A DNA stretch of 64,000 nucleotides from Octopus vulgaris (Eukaryota). Under the pieces are notes generated by a model. The model did not search any database and had not been told where the DNA came from. It saw nothing but the letters and a program-made list of their open reading frames with translations. Location of the stretch: contig OX597815.1 in the NCBI GenBank assembly GCA_951406725.2, forward strand, positions 8,246,001 through 8,310,000, read 5' to 3'. Both the position numbers and the translations under genes were made by a program. Shown here piece after piece: positions 52,241 through 64,000 of this stretch (positions are counted from its first letter, which is position 1; each line of letters begins with the position of its first letter).

Positions 52241-53221
52241 TTATGTGTGTGTGGATGGCAGATCCACACACACACGGTAGCACATCGAGAAAAAAAAAAG
52301 AAAACGCATTTAGTTGCAATTATTTACTTTTTAAGTAAGCTCAAATCGGAGATCAACTTTATCATTCAACCTACCGGAGTTGATAAAATAAAGTCCTAGT
52401 TATGTGGTAGGTTGATCTAATCGGCTGTTTCCACCCACAGCATTTTGCCTTCTGCATGAATTAAGCTCAAAGCCACCAATATTAGCAGTGAAGTGAACAC
52501 TTGATTAACTCGACTTTCTTTACATATTTAATCAAGCATGGAGAGATGAAAGACAGGTTGAGTTTGGTAGAATTTGAACTACTACCGTGTAACTAAATAC
52601 AAGGCATTGTGTCCGACTTCGTGTCGTCTGCTCCTGTCACTCACCAACCTTTTAACGATAATATTGGTAACTGATGTCTTTTTTGCATGACTCGTACGTT
52701 TTTTCAAAGCAATTTAATGGAAGAAGCGAGGTAATACGGACTCCTTTCTGTAATAATGAGATGTTTTATAGCAAACCGACATATTTTCAGGTGATGAAAT
52801 GTTTCACAAGACAAGTGTATCATTATTTCAATATTTATTCAACAGTTGTAAAGTTCACATTTATCAATGCCTCGTGAAAAACCAGCGTTTTCGCTTGATA
52901 ATCTCCTAAGCATCAGAACGTCAAGAAAACATAAATACAAATAAATAAAAGTACTCTTGGTCTTCGATATTAAAGCTAGGAGGTTGCGTTCACGTGATAT
53001 TATGAATAAGGTTAAAAACCACTAAAATGAATAAATTTACAAACAAAAAAGGAGTTAAACAGTGTATAGTCGTCTATTGGTGAAAGAGTTTATTAGTTTG
53101 CTTTATGTTTAGTTTCGTACTTTTAGGTTAGTTATGCCTTGTATAACTGCTTTTAGACCCTGTCGTCTGTTGCATTTTAATGAATTTGTGCTCTGCAGTC
53201 TTTCGTGCAATCTCGAGCTAC

Positions 53222-53274
<53 letters not shown>

Positions 53275-53348
53275 ATAGTTGTAGTAGTAGTGGCAGCAGC
53301 AGCAGTAGTAGTAATAGTAGAAGTAGTAGTAGTAGTAGTAGTAGCAGC

Positions 53349-53560
53349 AGCAGTCGTTCAAGAATTTGGACCTGGAGATCACCATTTTCAGCGACTTCGA
53401 GGGCCACCTCCCAGTAGTGTCGGACGTCAACGAAGATCCCCTCAACTACAACAAGACAACCAAAGTTTTTTTTCCCCCACCCCCAAAGTCTGGGATCTCC
53501 CGCCCCTAAACCCTATACCATCACCTAATCACCCTTACCCGTCTTGTTGCTTAACAACAA
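53349..53560 (+). repeat. Second copy of the ~225-bp dispersed repeat
   Basis: Homologous to 39236-39460. Confidence 0.85.
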
Positions 53561-53848
53561 CAGCAGCAGCAGCAATAGTAGTAGTAGTAGCGGCAGCTAT
53601 AGTAGTTGTTACTTGGCCCCAGGTCAATCCTTAGCCAGCAGGGTTATGATTTTAAAGACATTCCAGCTGTTACCATCCAGTATTTAATTTAAAACAGTAT
53701 GCATTCAATATCTCATTATGCAATCTATTCCTTCCCAGGTGATGAGGTGTGAGGGAGATTTAACTGCTATTTCTAGCAGGGCTAGTGAGTTACTGGAAGT
53801 AAAAATTGAATAGCTTGTCGAACTGAAAAAATTTTTCCAAAGAATATT

Positions 53849-53981
53849 GGGGACTTATTCTTTGGAAGCTAGTACTTATTCTATCGGTCTCTTTTGCCGA
53901 ACCGCTAAATTACGGGGACGTAAACACACCAACATCGGTTGTCAAGCGATGTTGGGGGGACAAACATAGACACAGAAACAC

Positions 53982-54014
<33 letters not shown>

Positions 54015-54177
54015 CATATATACGACGGGCTTCTTTCATTTTCCGTCTACCAAATCCACTCACAAGGCTTTGGTCGACCCGAGGCTATAGCAGAAGACAC
54101 TTTCCCAAGATGCCACGCAGTGAGACAGCCCGGAACAATGTGGTTCGTAAGCACGCTACTTACCACACAGCCACTCC
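53849..54177 (-). mobile_element. SINE family C, 3'-truncated
   Basis: Homology; ~38-bp flanking direct repeat tagcttgt.gaactg.aaaaattttccaaagaatatt. Confidence 0.88.
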
Positions 54178-54418
54178 TAGCTTGTGGAACTGGAAAAAAT
54201 TTTCCAAAGAATATTAGTTCTGTCAACATGTCTGCTAATACGCTGTGATGTGTACGTTTCCGCTTATAACATTTCAGTGGGGACACCGAATCATCGAAGA
54301 AAAGTAACAGGGGGGGGGGCAAGTAATTTTAATGATTTTTGTCTGTAAACTTTTCTGTTCTCCTGGTCTTCTTTGAACAAATTCTCTGAATCAAACTTCT
54401 TGTAGAGATGCTTTAATC

Positions 54419-54842
54419 GGATCTTTTCGGTTTGAACGGCAGTTTTTAACATAATTTCTATGTAACTAAAACATTTAAAATTTCGTATACTAGTAGAATG
54501 TGTTTATAAAACATCTTTTTCTCTTGGCTTTATTGAGAAAATTCTATTGTTTGTAAGATATTTGTTGTTTTTTTTCTTCAATTTCTGCAATTTCAACCAA
54601 TCACTGACGTCCATTGAGGTAAAAAAAAACATTTTGTGCCGTATGAATATGTCCCTCGTTTAAGAAATAGATTGGGTTTATTTACATTTGTGAAGAAAAA
54701 AAGATACCCTTTCCGCCAACCCTAACCCTAACTAACCCTAAAACAGATTGAAATGCAATAGATCGATACTAGGGTCATAATTATGGGTGATAATTTCATA
54801 TGACACCGCTAGAAAAAACTGCCGTTCAAACCGAAATGATCC
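54419..54842. mobile_element. GGATC-ended MITE, opposite orientation to 19823
   Basis: TIRs; 8-bp TSD ctttaatc. Confidence 0.88.
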
Positions 54843-55641
54843 CTTTAATCTTCTTCACTGGACATAAATGCAACAAATGAGTTGATATCCACTTGTACTG
54901 GGGATTTTAATATTGAGTAAAAGAAGAAGAAGAATTACATAGCACCGAAACTGGACGGTAACAGTTCTCAGCTGAAGATTGCAGTGGCGTGAAATTCGAG
55001 TCGCGAGGTAAACATTTGGTTGTAGAGTGTCAACGACTCTGCAACATTTATTGAGCACTCCTCACACTCGTTCGACGCGATATAACGTCCGTCTACACAC
55101 ACACACACACACGTGTGTACGTACGAATTATGTTGGTAGGTAGGTAGGTATCTGTGCGTGTGAGAGACTATATATATATATATATATACAAGATAAGAAA
55201 ATGGAGAAATACATCTAAATCAAATATCAATTACCAGATAATACTCAATCACATACTTTATTAAACCACCAAATAAGAGACTGTAGGGTTAAATATAAAA
55301 AGCAGAACAAATCAGTGTACATAAAGGAATGTACATAAAAAAGTGTACATAAAAGAGTAATGTTGTATAATAAGTAGAATATATATAAAAGAGAATATAA
55401 ATACAAGTAAATATAAATATAAGTATAGATTAGATCTTACAGCTGTTTCGGCCATGTCGATAATTATGTCTCATTTTACCAATATTAGCCCTTTATGGTT
55501 GGTCACCACCAAGTAAGTTAGGGGCTGTTGATCCAACCCACTAAGGGATAATACTTATCCAATATACTGTTGGTATAATACCCAATTATTAATACACAAG
55601 TGTTTTTAATTGCAATGCAATAAACTTACTTATTGTGTGTG

Positions 55642-55682
<41 letters not shown>

Positions 55683-55849
55683 AATATTGTATATATATAT
55701 ATATAATAAATATTGTGTGTATATATATATATATATATATAAATGGAGAGAAAGAGAAAAGTATATTATGTATGTATGCATGTATGTATAATCTGAATTT
55801 CACACACACACACATACACTCAAACGTACATATATGTATACATAGTCAT

Positions 55850-55897
<48 letters not shown>

Positions 55898-56027
55898 CTA
55901 TGTATGTTATATATGTACACATTGGAAAGGAGCAATCGCAGAGTAAAACGTGGAGTAATTTGGCATATTTTCTTTCTGTAAATACCACCTTTTATGCCTG
56001 ATAGGAATTTATCACACACATACACAC

Positions 56028-56094
<67 letters not shown>

Positions 56095-56095
<1 letters not shown>

Positions 56096-56510
56096 ATGTG
56101 TTATCTTTCCATTGTTGAAATAAGTATGTGATGGACTGGCCTGATGATGTGATATGAAGTAATACACGTCGTTTGGGTAGTTTACGGAGGTGGAGTGGTT
56201 TGTGTGTTTGGCGGGGCTGGAAACGTACTCAACGGAGACCGCAGCGGTGGAGGCGTTTACGAGTTGTGACAAAGGCAATGCTAGCAGTGATGTTAGTTTT
56301 CGATGTCGTGGTGTACCTCTGTCATAAATCAAGTGTTGAGTAAGTTGGACGGGTGGGTGAGGCTGTTTCGAGTATGTTTGAAGGGTTGGGGAAGATTTTT
56401 TATTGCGTTTAAAGAAAGGCCTATAAGGAGGAGCTGTAGACATAGGAGGTCAAAGGATAAATGAATAGCTGGCTAGGCGGGCTGTCTGTTAGATACACAT
56501 GTTGAAAGGT
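56095..56510 (-). mobile_element. Possible Penelope-like ORF fragment (linker before GIY-YIG)
   Basis: APPYRPFFKRNKKS...RGT...NDVYYFIS loosely resembles PPxxSFKRxKNL...GT..C...NVIYxI. Confidence 0.4.
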
Positions 56511-56611
56511 AAGCAGATAGGTATACACAATCACACAGTTACTAGACGTGTATATATATATATGTGTGTGTTTTTGTGTGGTGTGCACAATCACACACAC
56601 ACACATATATA

Positions 56612-57413
56612 CTAGCAGTATCGCCCGGCGTTGCTCGGGTTCGTAAGGGAAATAACTATATAAGCATTTTTAGAGAGTTATAGCCAAAAAATAGCAAAAA
56701 AATGCGTTAAAAATGGAAAAAAAATTATGGTAATTTTTTTTTAAATCGTTGACTCATCGTAGACATTATTAGAGAGTTACTTCCCTTATATAATAGCGAA
56801 AAAATGCATTAAAATGGAAAAAATTGATGGTAAATTCTTTTTAAAATCGTAGACTCATCGTAGACGCGCGCTAATACCCAGAAGGGCTCGATATGAATCA
56901 CGACTATAAGATACCCGGTTTTGGTTAAACTGCACCACAAAATGTGGGAGTAGTTAAAAATCTAAATCGTAGGAGACAGACAGCACACAACCTTACTTTT
57001 ATATATAAAGACTAGCAGTATCGCCCGGCGTTGCTCGGGTTTGTAAGGGAAATAACTATATAAGCATTTTTAGAGAGTTATAGCCAAAAAAATAGCAAAA
57101 AAAATGCATTAAAAATGGAAAAAAAATTATGGTAAATTCTTTTTAAAATCGTTGACTCATCGTAGACATTTTTAGAGAGTTACTTCCCTTATATAATAGC
57201 GAAAAAAAATGCATTAAAATGGGAAAAAATGATGGTAAATTTTTTTTAAAATCGTAGACTCATCGTAGACGCACGCTAATACCCAGAAGGGCTCGATATG
57301 AATCACGACTATAAGATACCCGGTTTTGGTTAAACTGCACCGCAAAATATGGGAGTAGTTAGGAATCTAAATCATAGGAGACAGACACACAACCTTACTT
57401 TTATATATAAAGA
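56612..57413 (-). mobile_element. Head-to-tail dimer of a non-autonomous Helitron
   Basis: Units 56612-57011 and 57012-57413; minus-strand junction CTAG|TC. Confidence 0.88.
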
Positions 57414-57522
57414 TATATATATATATAAATATAAGGTAAATTGAAGACCAGACTGACATGGCGGTTCACAGAAAGCAGGAAGCAGAACATGACTCTAGGT
57501 ATCTAAGCTATAACACACCTAC

Positions 57523-57631
57523 GCCGGACGAAATGCATAGCGGCATTTCGTCTGCCGTTACGTTCTGAGTTCAAATTCCGCCGAGGTCGACTTAGCCTTT
57601 CATCCTTTCGGGGTCGATAAATTAAGTACCA
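57523..57631 (+). mobile_element. SINE family A internal fragment
   Basis: Homology. Confidence 0.8.
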
Positions 57632-57955
57632 GAGGAGGTATTGTTTCCAGTCGTGTTTGTTTGTCCGTGGACAAGATATCTGAAGAACCGCTGGATGGAT
57701 TCGGATGAAACTTTCAGGGATGTTTGGCCTCGTGACTGGCACGAACTGATTAGATTTTGGAATCAATCCGATACGGGACAAGGATTCTGTATTATTTGTT
57801 ATATTTACTTTACATGAAGTATTACGATCTTACGTTCACTTTAGAGACTGTCTCTGATTATCTCCCTTGAAAGCAAGTTCATGGTTTCCACGTAAGTTAT
57901 GGTAGCGTCACTGTTTCCAAAGTTTTTCGTTTCCCTATTATTAATTTTACTCGCG
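57632..57955 (+). mobile_element. Helentron-associated / DINE-1-like element
   Basis: Reverse-complement homolog of 16163-16511. Confidence 0.6.
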
Positions 57956-58109
57956 TGTCTAAGTAGAAACTGATGGATAAAGAAATCAAACTACATAAAC
58001 AAACAGCAGCAAAAACGTTCAGAAATTAAATAACAATCTTCGACAATTTTCAGTTTTATCAATTTTGAATATATCGCTCCTGTTTAAAACCTCTTACCAA
58101 CTTGACAAT

Positions 58110-58290
58110 TGCATTTCCAGCTCTTCTTGGACTCACGTTTTTGTGCGCAACGATGTTGATAAACCTCCATTAACAGCACTATATGCAGGTCCATTCCGTT
58201 TTCTTTCACGCACGGATAAATTTTTCACTATAGACCTTAATGGTCGTAAAGACACTATACCAGTAGATAGACTAAAAAAGACCTTCATAG
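58110..58290 (+). mobile_element. Gypsy integrase C-terminal (GPY/F) fragment
   Basis: THVFVRNDVDKPPLTALYAGPFRFLSRTDKFFTIDLNGRKDTIPVDRLK. Confidence 0.8.
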
Positions 58291-58312
58291 AAAGTCAACC
58301 AGTTACGCTGCA

Positions 58313-60320
58313 GTGACTGGGAAAAGTCTAACGGCAGATATCCTGCCAGTAAGAGAAATTCGACTGAACGACACAAATTTTAAGAAATTTAATGAATTGT
58401 TACGAAAGGAGGGAGACACCCTGAGGCTGGCGCCGCCCAAGGAAATTATGGAAAAAAACAGGAAAAAGGACAATATACAGAACACTGTCTACAAAAAGAG
58501 TTGAAATGCTTGAAAGAAACCAAAAGCCTAACTACTATTACACCAGAGGCAAGAAATATGGCACAGTGGAGGTACGTTTCGCGAGTGAACAAGAAGCGAT
58601 AAAACACTCCACGGTGCCTTTGAGATCAACTGAGTGGGTACTACTACCAACCTATTGTGGCAAACGTGCGGCCAGGGTGAGGATTGGTAGAGTGGCCCCA
58701 GAAGCTGGTGGCAGCCAGCCTCTATAATACAGAAGAGGAAACCAAAATACTTAAAATCACAAGAACTACGGAGGTAAACTGCTGGGGATACGGCCTTGAG
58801 GTGACGGTCCACATCAGTTTACCAGACCTCCACAAAATTGCAGAGGAATTAGTGTTACCGGTCGAGACGAAGCTAAGAGTTGTAGTGGAGGTAAGACCTC
58901 CCATAGGTTTTCAGTGTGGTGTACGGGGACACATGAAAGCTAAGTGTCCCCCAAAACACGAAGAGGAGGTGACGGAGATGGAACAGCAAGGAGAGGTAGA
59001 GGTGCAAGGCGTAGAGGAGCAGAGGCCAGTGGAAAATATGGAAGAAAGATACCCAGTGGTGAAGAGGAAGAAAAGACAAGAAAACGCGGACTCACCACCA
59101 AAGAGCCCCATGAAGAAAAGAAAAGGAAGTGTAGAGGAGAGACAAGGGTTACCAAAAGGAGGAAAAGCGAACGAGCAGAGAAAAAATGAGATGTCGGCAA
59201 AATTAAGCGAGAAAGACGAAGAGAGAAAACAGAGCGATACCAGTAATTAGCACGGAGGAGAAAGTAAAAGGATGCGAAAAAAGGAAGATAGAAGAGAAAT
59301 GACAGCAACATGGAGTGAGAGACAAGCAGAGAAGGAAGAGATGGAAACACCAGCAAGAGCGTGGAGGCGCAATGGCCCAATGGTTAGGGTAGCGGACTCG
59401 CGGTCGGAGGATCGCGGTTTCGATTCCCAGACCGGGCGTTGTGTGTGTTTATTGAGCGAAAACACCTAAAGCTCCATGAGGCTCCGGCAGGGGGTGGTGG
59501 CGACCCCTGTTGTACACTTTCGCTCCAACTTTCTCTCACTCTTTCTTCCTGTTTCTTGTCCCCGACTTCCTACGCAACCGCTGAGCCTGGATGCGCATTC
59601 ATCCATCCGTCGATGCTCTCGATGTCGGGGGTTGACCTGCTTTCTCTTCTGCGGGTCTTACGAATAGCAAAGGACCACGTTTCGGACTTCTCTCATCTTG
59701 CGAGCGCTGGGATGAAGACCGTTCGCTCAACAGCAACCAGCAACAGTAGAAGAGATTAGTGATGGAAATCAGAAACTAACACTGACGGGAAAACATTTAA
59801 GAACTAGGATACAGAAAAAAATGTGGAGATTGAAAAAAAGGATCACGAAAATGAAAAATGTAATCAGGGTGAAGTTGGCGCCTAAACCGTGCAATGAGGG
59901 ATTTAAAGCAGTCTTGCTTGTAAAAGAGAAAGGTGAAAGGTTGAATGAACTATTTGGGGGAAATGATAGAGATATCACCGTTACAGTTTCGATTCAATGA
60001 GTTGCCACTGGTGGTGGTATTTGATGACAAGTGGAATATCTAATATAAAGGAAAGTAAATGAAATATAAAAAAATTTTGAAATAAGGACTTTTTTTAAAA
60101 AATGAGTGGGGAAAAAGAATAATGAACTGTGGGATACATAAACAGTAAAATGGAACAGCCTGCTTGGTGGGGGAGGGCAGGTAAGTCATTTCACCTCATC
60201 ATTTATTCATAATTTCATCCGTTATGTTTTGTGTATCCCACTGTATTGTTTTGTCTGTCATTGTATTGTCCCATCTTTATAAGAGGCCCTGTGCCTAATA
60301 AAAGAAATCGGGACGTTGGT
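58313..60320 (+). mobile_element. Frameshifted gag/ORF1-like element with zinc knuckle and no pol, interrupted by SINE B2
   Basis: ORFs 58313-58504, 58506-58727 and 58684-59250 with GFQCGVRGHMKAKCP and a K/E-rich tail; aataaa near 60297. Confidence 0.55.
59363..59733 (+). mobile_element. SINE family B, tail B2
   Basis: Homology; flanking accagcaa repeat. Confidence 0.92.
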
Positions 60321-60872
60321 GTTGCCTTGAACTAAATAAATGTTGACCTGGAACTAAATAAAAAGCAAAAATTGCAATACATGCATATTCCTTTATCGGT
60401 TTCAGTTACTGTATTGTGTCTATGGCGAGTTTAATTTGGGTGGTGGACTTAATTCCCCACCCAGTTTATCACCAACCATCTGGTCCTTAAGGACCTTCAA
60501 CGGAATTTTCTCAGTTGCAAGATAAACACTATGTTACTCTCTTTCATCGACCACAGTCTTGAGAATCAATATTTTAGCTAGGAAAAGAAAGATGCTGTCA
60601 TTTTCTTGGCGAAAGTGTTAAATGCTATGATTTCTTACGTATCAATCCCTGTACTTATTGACCTCTGAAGGTTGACCTCAACACGCTTCAATTCATTAAA
60701 GTATAAACATTTTCATTTTACTGTTAATTACAGCCAATAATTATTACATCGTCTTGTAGAATGTTCTGTGTCCAGTTTCTTGGGACACGGCAGTTATTGA
60801 ACTGAGAATGAAAAGGACTGTCATCAATCAAAGGATTCTAATCAATCAAAGGACTGTAATCAATCAAATATC

Positions 60873-61104
60873 TGTTTCTTTATTGCCCACAAGGGGCTAA
60901 ACATAGAGGGGACAAACAAGGACAGACAAACGGATTAAGTCGATTACATCGACCCCCAGTGCGTAACTGGTACTTAATTTATCGACCCCGAACGGATGAA
61001 AGGCAAAGTCGACCTCGGCGGAATTTGAACTCAGAACGCAACGGCAGACGCAATACCGCCAAGCATTTCGCCCGGCGGCTTAACGTTTCTGCCAGCTCGC
61101 CGCC
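60873..61104 (-). mobile_element. SINE family A, full length
   Basis: TSD tcaatcaaatatct-like. Confidence 0.92.
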
Positions 61105-61260
61105 TTCAATCAAATATCTACTGCGTTTACATTCAGCACGCCGTTAAAAAAAAATCTATCAAAACTGAGATTTGAACTCACGTCTACATTCGTGCATCAG
61201 AATAGTTCTATTTGTTAGACTTAGACTGGTGCCTTACATCCCTCAACAATTCTAACTGCT

Positions 61261-61341
<81 letters not shown>

Positions 61342-61364
61342 CGTCTCTTACTTTCTTCCCTAGT

Positions 61365-61748
61365 GGAGGCGCAATGGCCCAGTGGTTAGGGCAGCGGACT
61401 CGCGGTCATAGGATCGCGGTTTCGATTCCCAGACCGGGCGTTGTGAGTGTTTATTGAGCAAAAACACCTAAAAGCTCCACGAGGCTCCAGCAGGGGATGG
61501 TGGTGATCCCTGCTGTACTCTTTCGCCACAACTTTCTCTCACTCTTACCTCCTGTTTCTGTTGTACCTGTATTTCAAACGGCCGGCCTTGTCACTCTCTG
61601 TGTCACGCTGAGTATCCCCGAGAACTACGTTAAGGGTACACGTGTCTGTGGAGTGCTCAGCCACTTACACGTTAATTTCACGAGCAGGCTGTTCCGTTGA
61701 TTCGGATCAACCGGAACCCTCATCGTCGTAACCGACGGAGTGCTTCCA
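61365..61748 (+). mobile_element. SINE family B, tail B1
   Basis: Homology. Confidence 0.92.
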
Positions 61749-62564
61749 CTTTCTCCCCCCTCTCTCTCTCTGTGAATATATATTTATATGCCACCAGCAC
61801 CACAGCAACTGCCAGCACTTCATTATAATAACTATACCACTACCACCGTGGTTATAACCACCGACACAGTTCAACAGCAAACACTTTTCCAATGCCACTG
61901 CAACAACCATCAATCACCATTGCAAACACCATTAACCACGTTTCCTACTACTACAACAACAACAACCACAACAAATCTTGCTGTAATTAATACGCCATCA
62001 CCACCACTACTACGACCACCACAACACTACCATCACGAGTAGCCCGGCCATCCCCTTCACTGCAAAACCTATCACCAGAATTTCAACAACCAACACCAGT
62101 AACACCACACCGTCACCTTCGTCCACTCCTACACCCCCAACAGTCAACCTACAAGTTAGTCAACAAACACAACCACTTCACCGTTATGCGACATTGTAAA
62201 AAATCTCATTAGTTGCGGCCGTTTTCAACTAGTGAGAGAACGGCATGGATAAATAAGGCAATCAGATTTGGGACAAGTTTAAATATAACACTTATTTTTA
62301 ATTAGTCCTTTAAACCGAATCTCTTTTAACTATTGTTATTTTTAAGGTAACCTCCTGCATCACACGTGCAGTTGAAGAAATTTTTACAGTTTTGTTCGTT
62401 AATTATTCTTAAATATTCGCCCCCTTTTCTTCTTGCTTCAGTGTATCTCCTTATCTAAATATGGTGACAGCTTGTATTGAGTCGTGTTACCCCACCTCCT
62501 ATCTCCACATAACGAGTAGCAGTCTTGTAGTTTCTTCGCCACGCTGGATGGAAAGTAATATTAT

Positions 62565-62601
<37 letters not shown>

Positions 62602-62808
62602 ACACACACACAATAATGGTGTGGATTATCGTTGTTGATATGTTTTTGTATGTAATCAAGTACTCCATAAATCTCATTTAACCTGGTTTCATGATGGGGT
62701 TTCGGTTGATATTTGCGATCTTCAGAATATCCATGAGCTTCTGAAGATTTTTCTGAAACACTAATACACATTCATTGAATTCGTTACCACCTTTCCACAA
62801 ATACATGT

Positions 62809-62855
<47 letters not shown>

Positions 62856-63794
62856 TCTCTCTCTTTCACCTGCACATATACAAACAATGACACCCATACA
62901 CATGTATGTATACTTGGAAGTGGATGCCTGGCGTTCAATCAAATAATAATATAATAATATATATATACATCACATGCATATATGGGTATAGGACGTCACC
63001 AACAGTAAACAACATGAAATACGAAAACAAATGAGTTCAATACGCAAACACTGGGAGAAACAAATGGATACCTCGAACATGAAGGCACTCTCTTTTGTGA
63101 CACACATTTCCATACCTTTTTTTTCTTGCCTAGAGTTGACCTATATCTAGTACCTCTTTTTGGCTCGCAATTCTAGCAAAAGATGCAGTGTCATTGGCGA
63201 CGTTGGTGATGTTATTGTTATTTAAAATTTGTGTTTCAGCTACTTCTTTCTTTCCTACTTCTGAAATAGTAATTCTTCCTGCTTAGAAGTGTCTGTTTGT
63301 TTAATAATTTTAATGTTCCCATGTCTACAATTCTTTTTAGGGAGAGAGAAAGAAGGAGAGAGAGAGAGAAGTGTATTCACCACTTCCATCACAGTGGCAA
63401 ACACTTTCTACTGCAACTATAGCTGTGGTCATATTGAACATCTAATAAAACTAAGCAAAATTAGTGCATAAGAAAAGATCAATTTGGACAACTAAACAGA
63501 TTGAACTATTCTATAGACTCATATGAATTAACTACTCTTTAGTTCTATTATTAACTACTATTTTGTCCATTGATTCACCATATTGCTGGTCAGTGGATTA
63601 CGAACTGTCAACATTTCTCTCCATCTCGGCGACCTGAGTCCTATATCGAGTGATTACGTTGTCTTGGTAATGGAAGCGACCAAACCTATACATTCATTAT
63701 AGATTGGAAACACCTGTTGAGCATTACTCTACCTGCACGCATACAGTCACACACACGCGCAGATCAAGTGAACACACACGATTTATATAGACAC

Positions 63795-63888
<94 letters not shown>

Positions 63889-64000
63889 ATATATATGTAT
63901 GTATATATATATGTATATATATATATATGTGTGTATATATATATGTATATATATATATATGTGTGTGTGTGTGTATGTATATATATATATATATATATAT
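63795..64000. repeat. (TG)n/(TA)n microsatellite
   Basis: Directly visible. Confidence 0.97.

Larger units (their letters stand above)
42790..63710 (+). pseudogene. Candidate decayed receptor-type protein tyrosine phosphatase (R3/PTP10D-PTPRB-like), fragments in colinear order
   Basis: FN3-like 42790-43068; FNGLLK at 48547; TM helix 48853-48925; SAPV..F...MSFLHDSYVFSKQF 52627-52715; *IKL..DINAT..YIA..SAEDC 54360-55050; YGEF..WSLRTF 60421-60500; RTVxHF near 63600. Contains stops, frameshifts and a MITE insertion. Confidence 0.5.

Overview
This is an AT-rich, repeat-saturated animal genomic window. The SINE, MITE and microsatellite content looks like a coleoid cephalopod (Octopus-like); that is inference from repeat recognition, not a search. 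No intact protein-coding gene is visible, and most ORF-track entries are microsatellite or SINE artefacts. The repeats comprise roughly 35 tRNA-derived SINE copies of several families, 8-bp-TSD GG-ended MITEs, a full-length decayed pogo/Tigger transposon, and piggyBac, hAT, mariner, Helitron, Helentron-like, RTE, CR1/L2, R4/Dong, Penelope and Gypsy remnants. There are also two gag-knuckle elements. Between the repeats, colinear + strand fragments (about 42.8-63.7 kb) resemble a decayed receptor-type tyrosine phosphatase gene (FN3-like, TM, wedge, PTP motifs). Other points of interest are SINE concatemers that re-enter at a fixed internal position, hammerhead-like and pseudoknotted RNA modules, a head-to-tail Helitron dimer and long fold-back elements. 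All assignments are by eye and coordinates of decayed elements are approximate.
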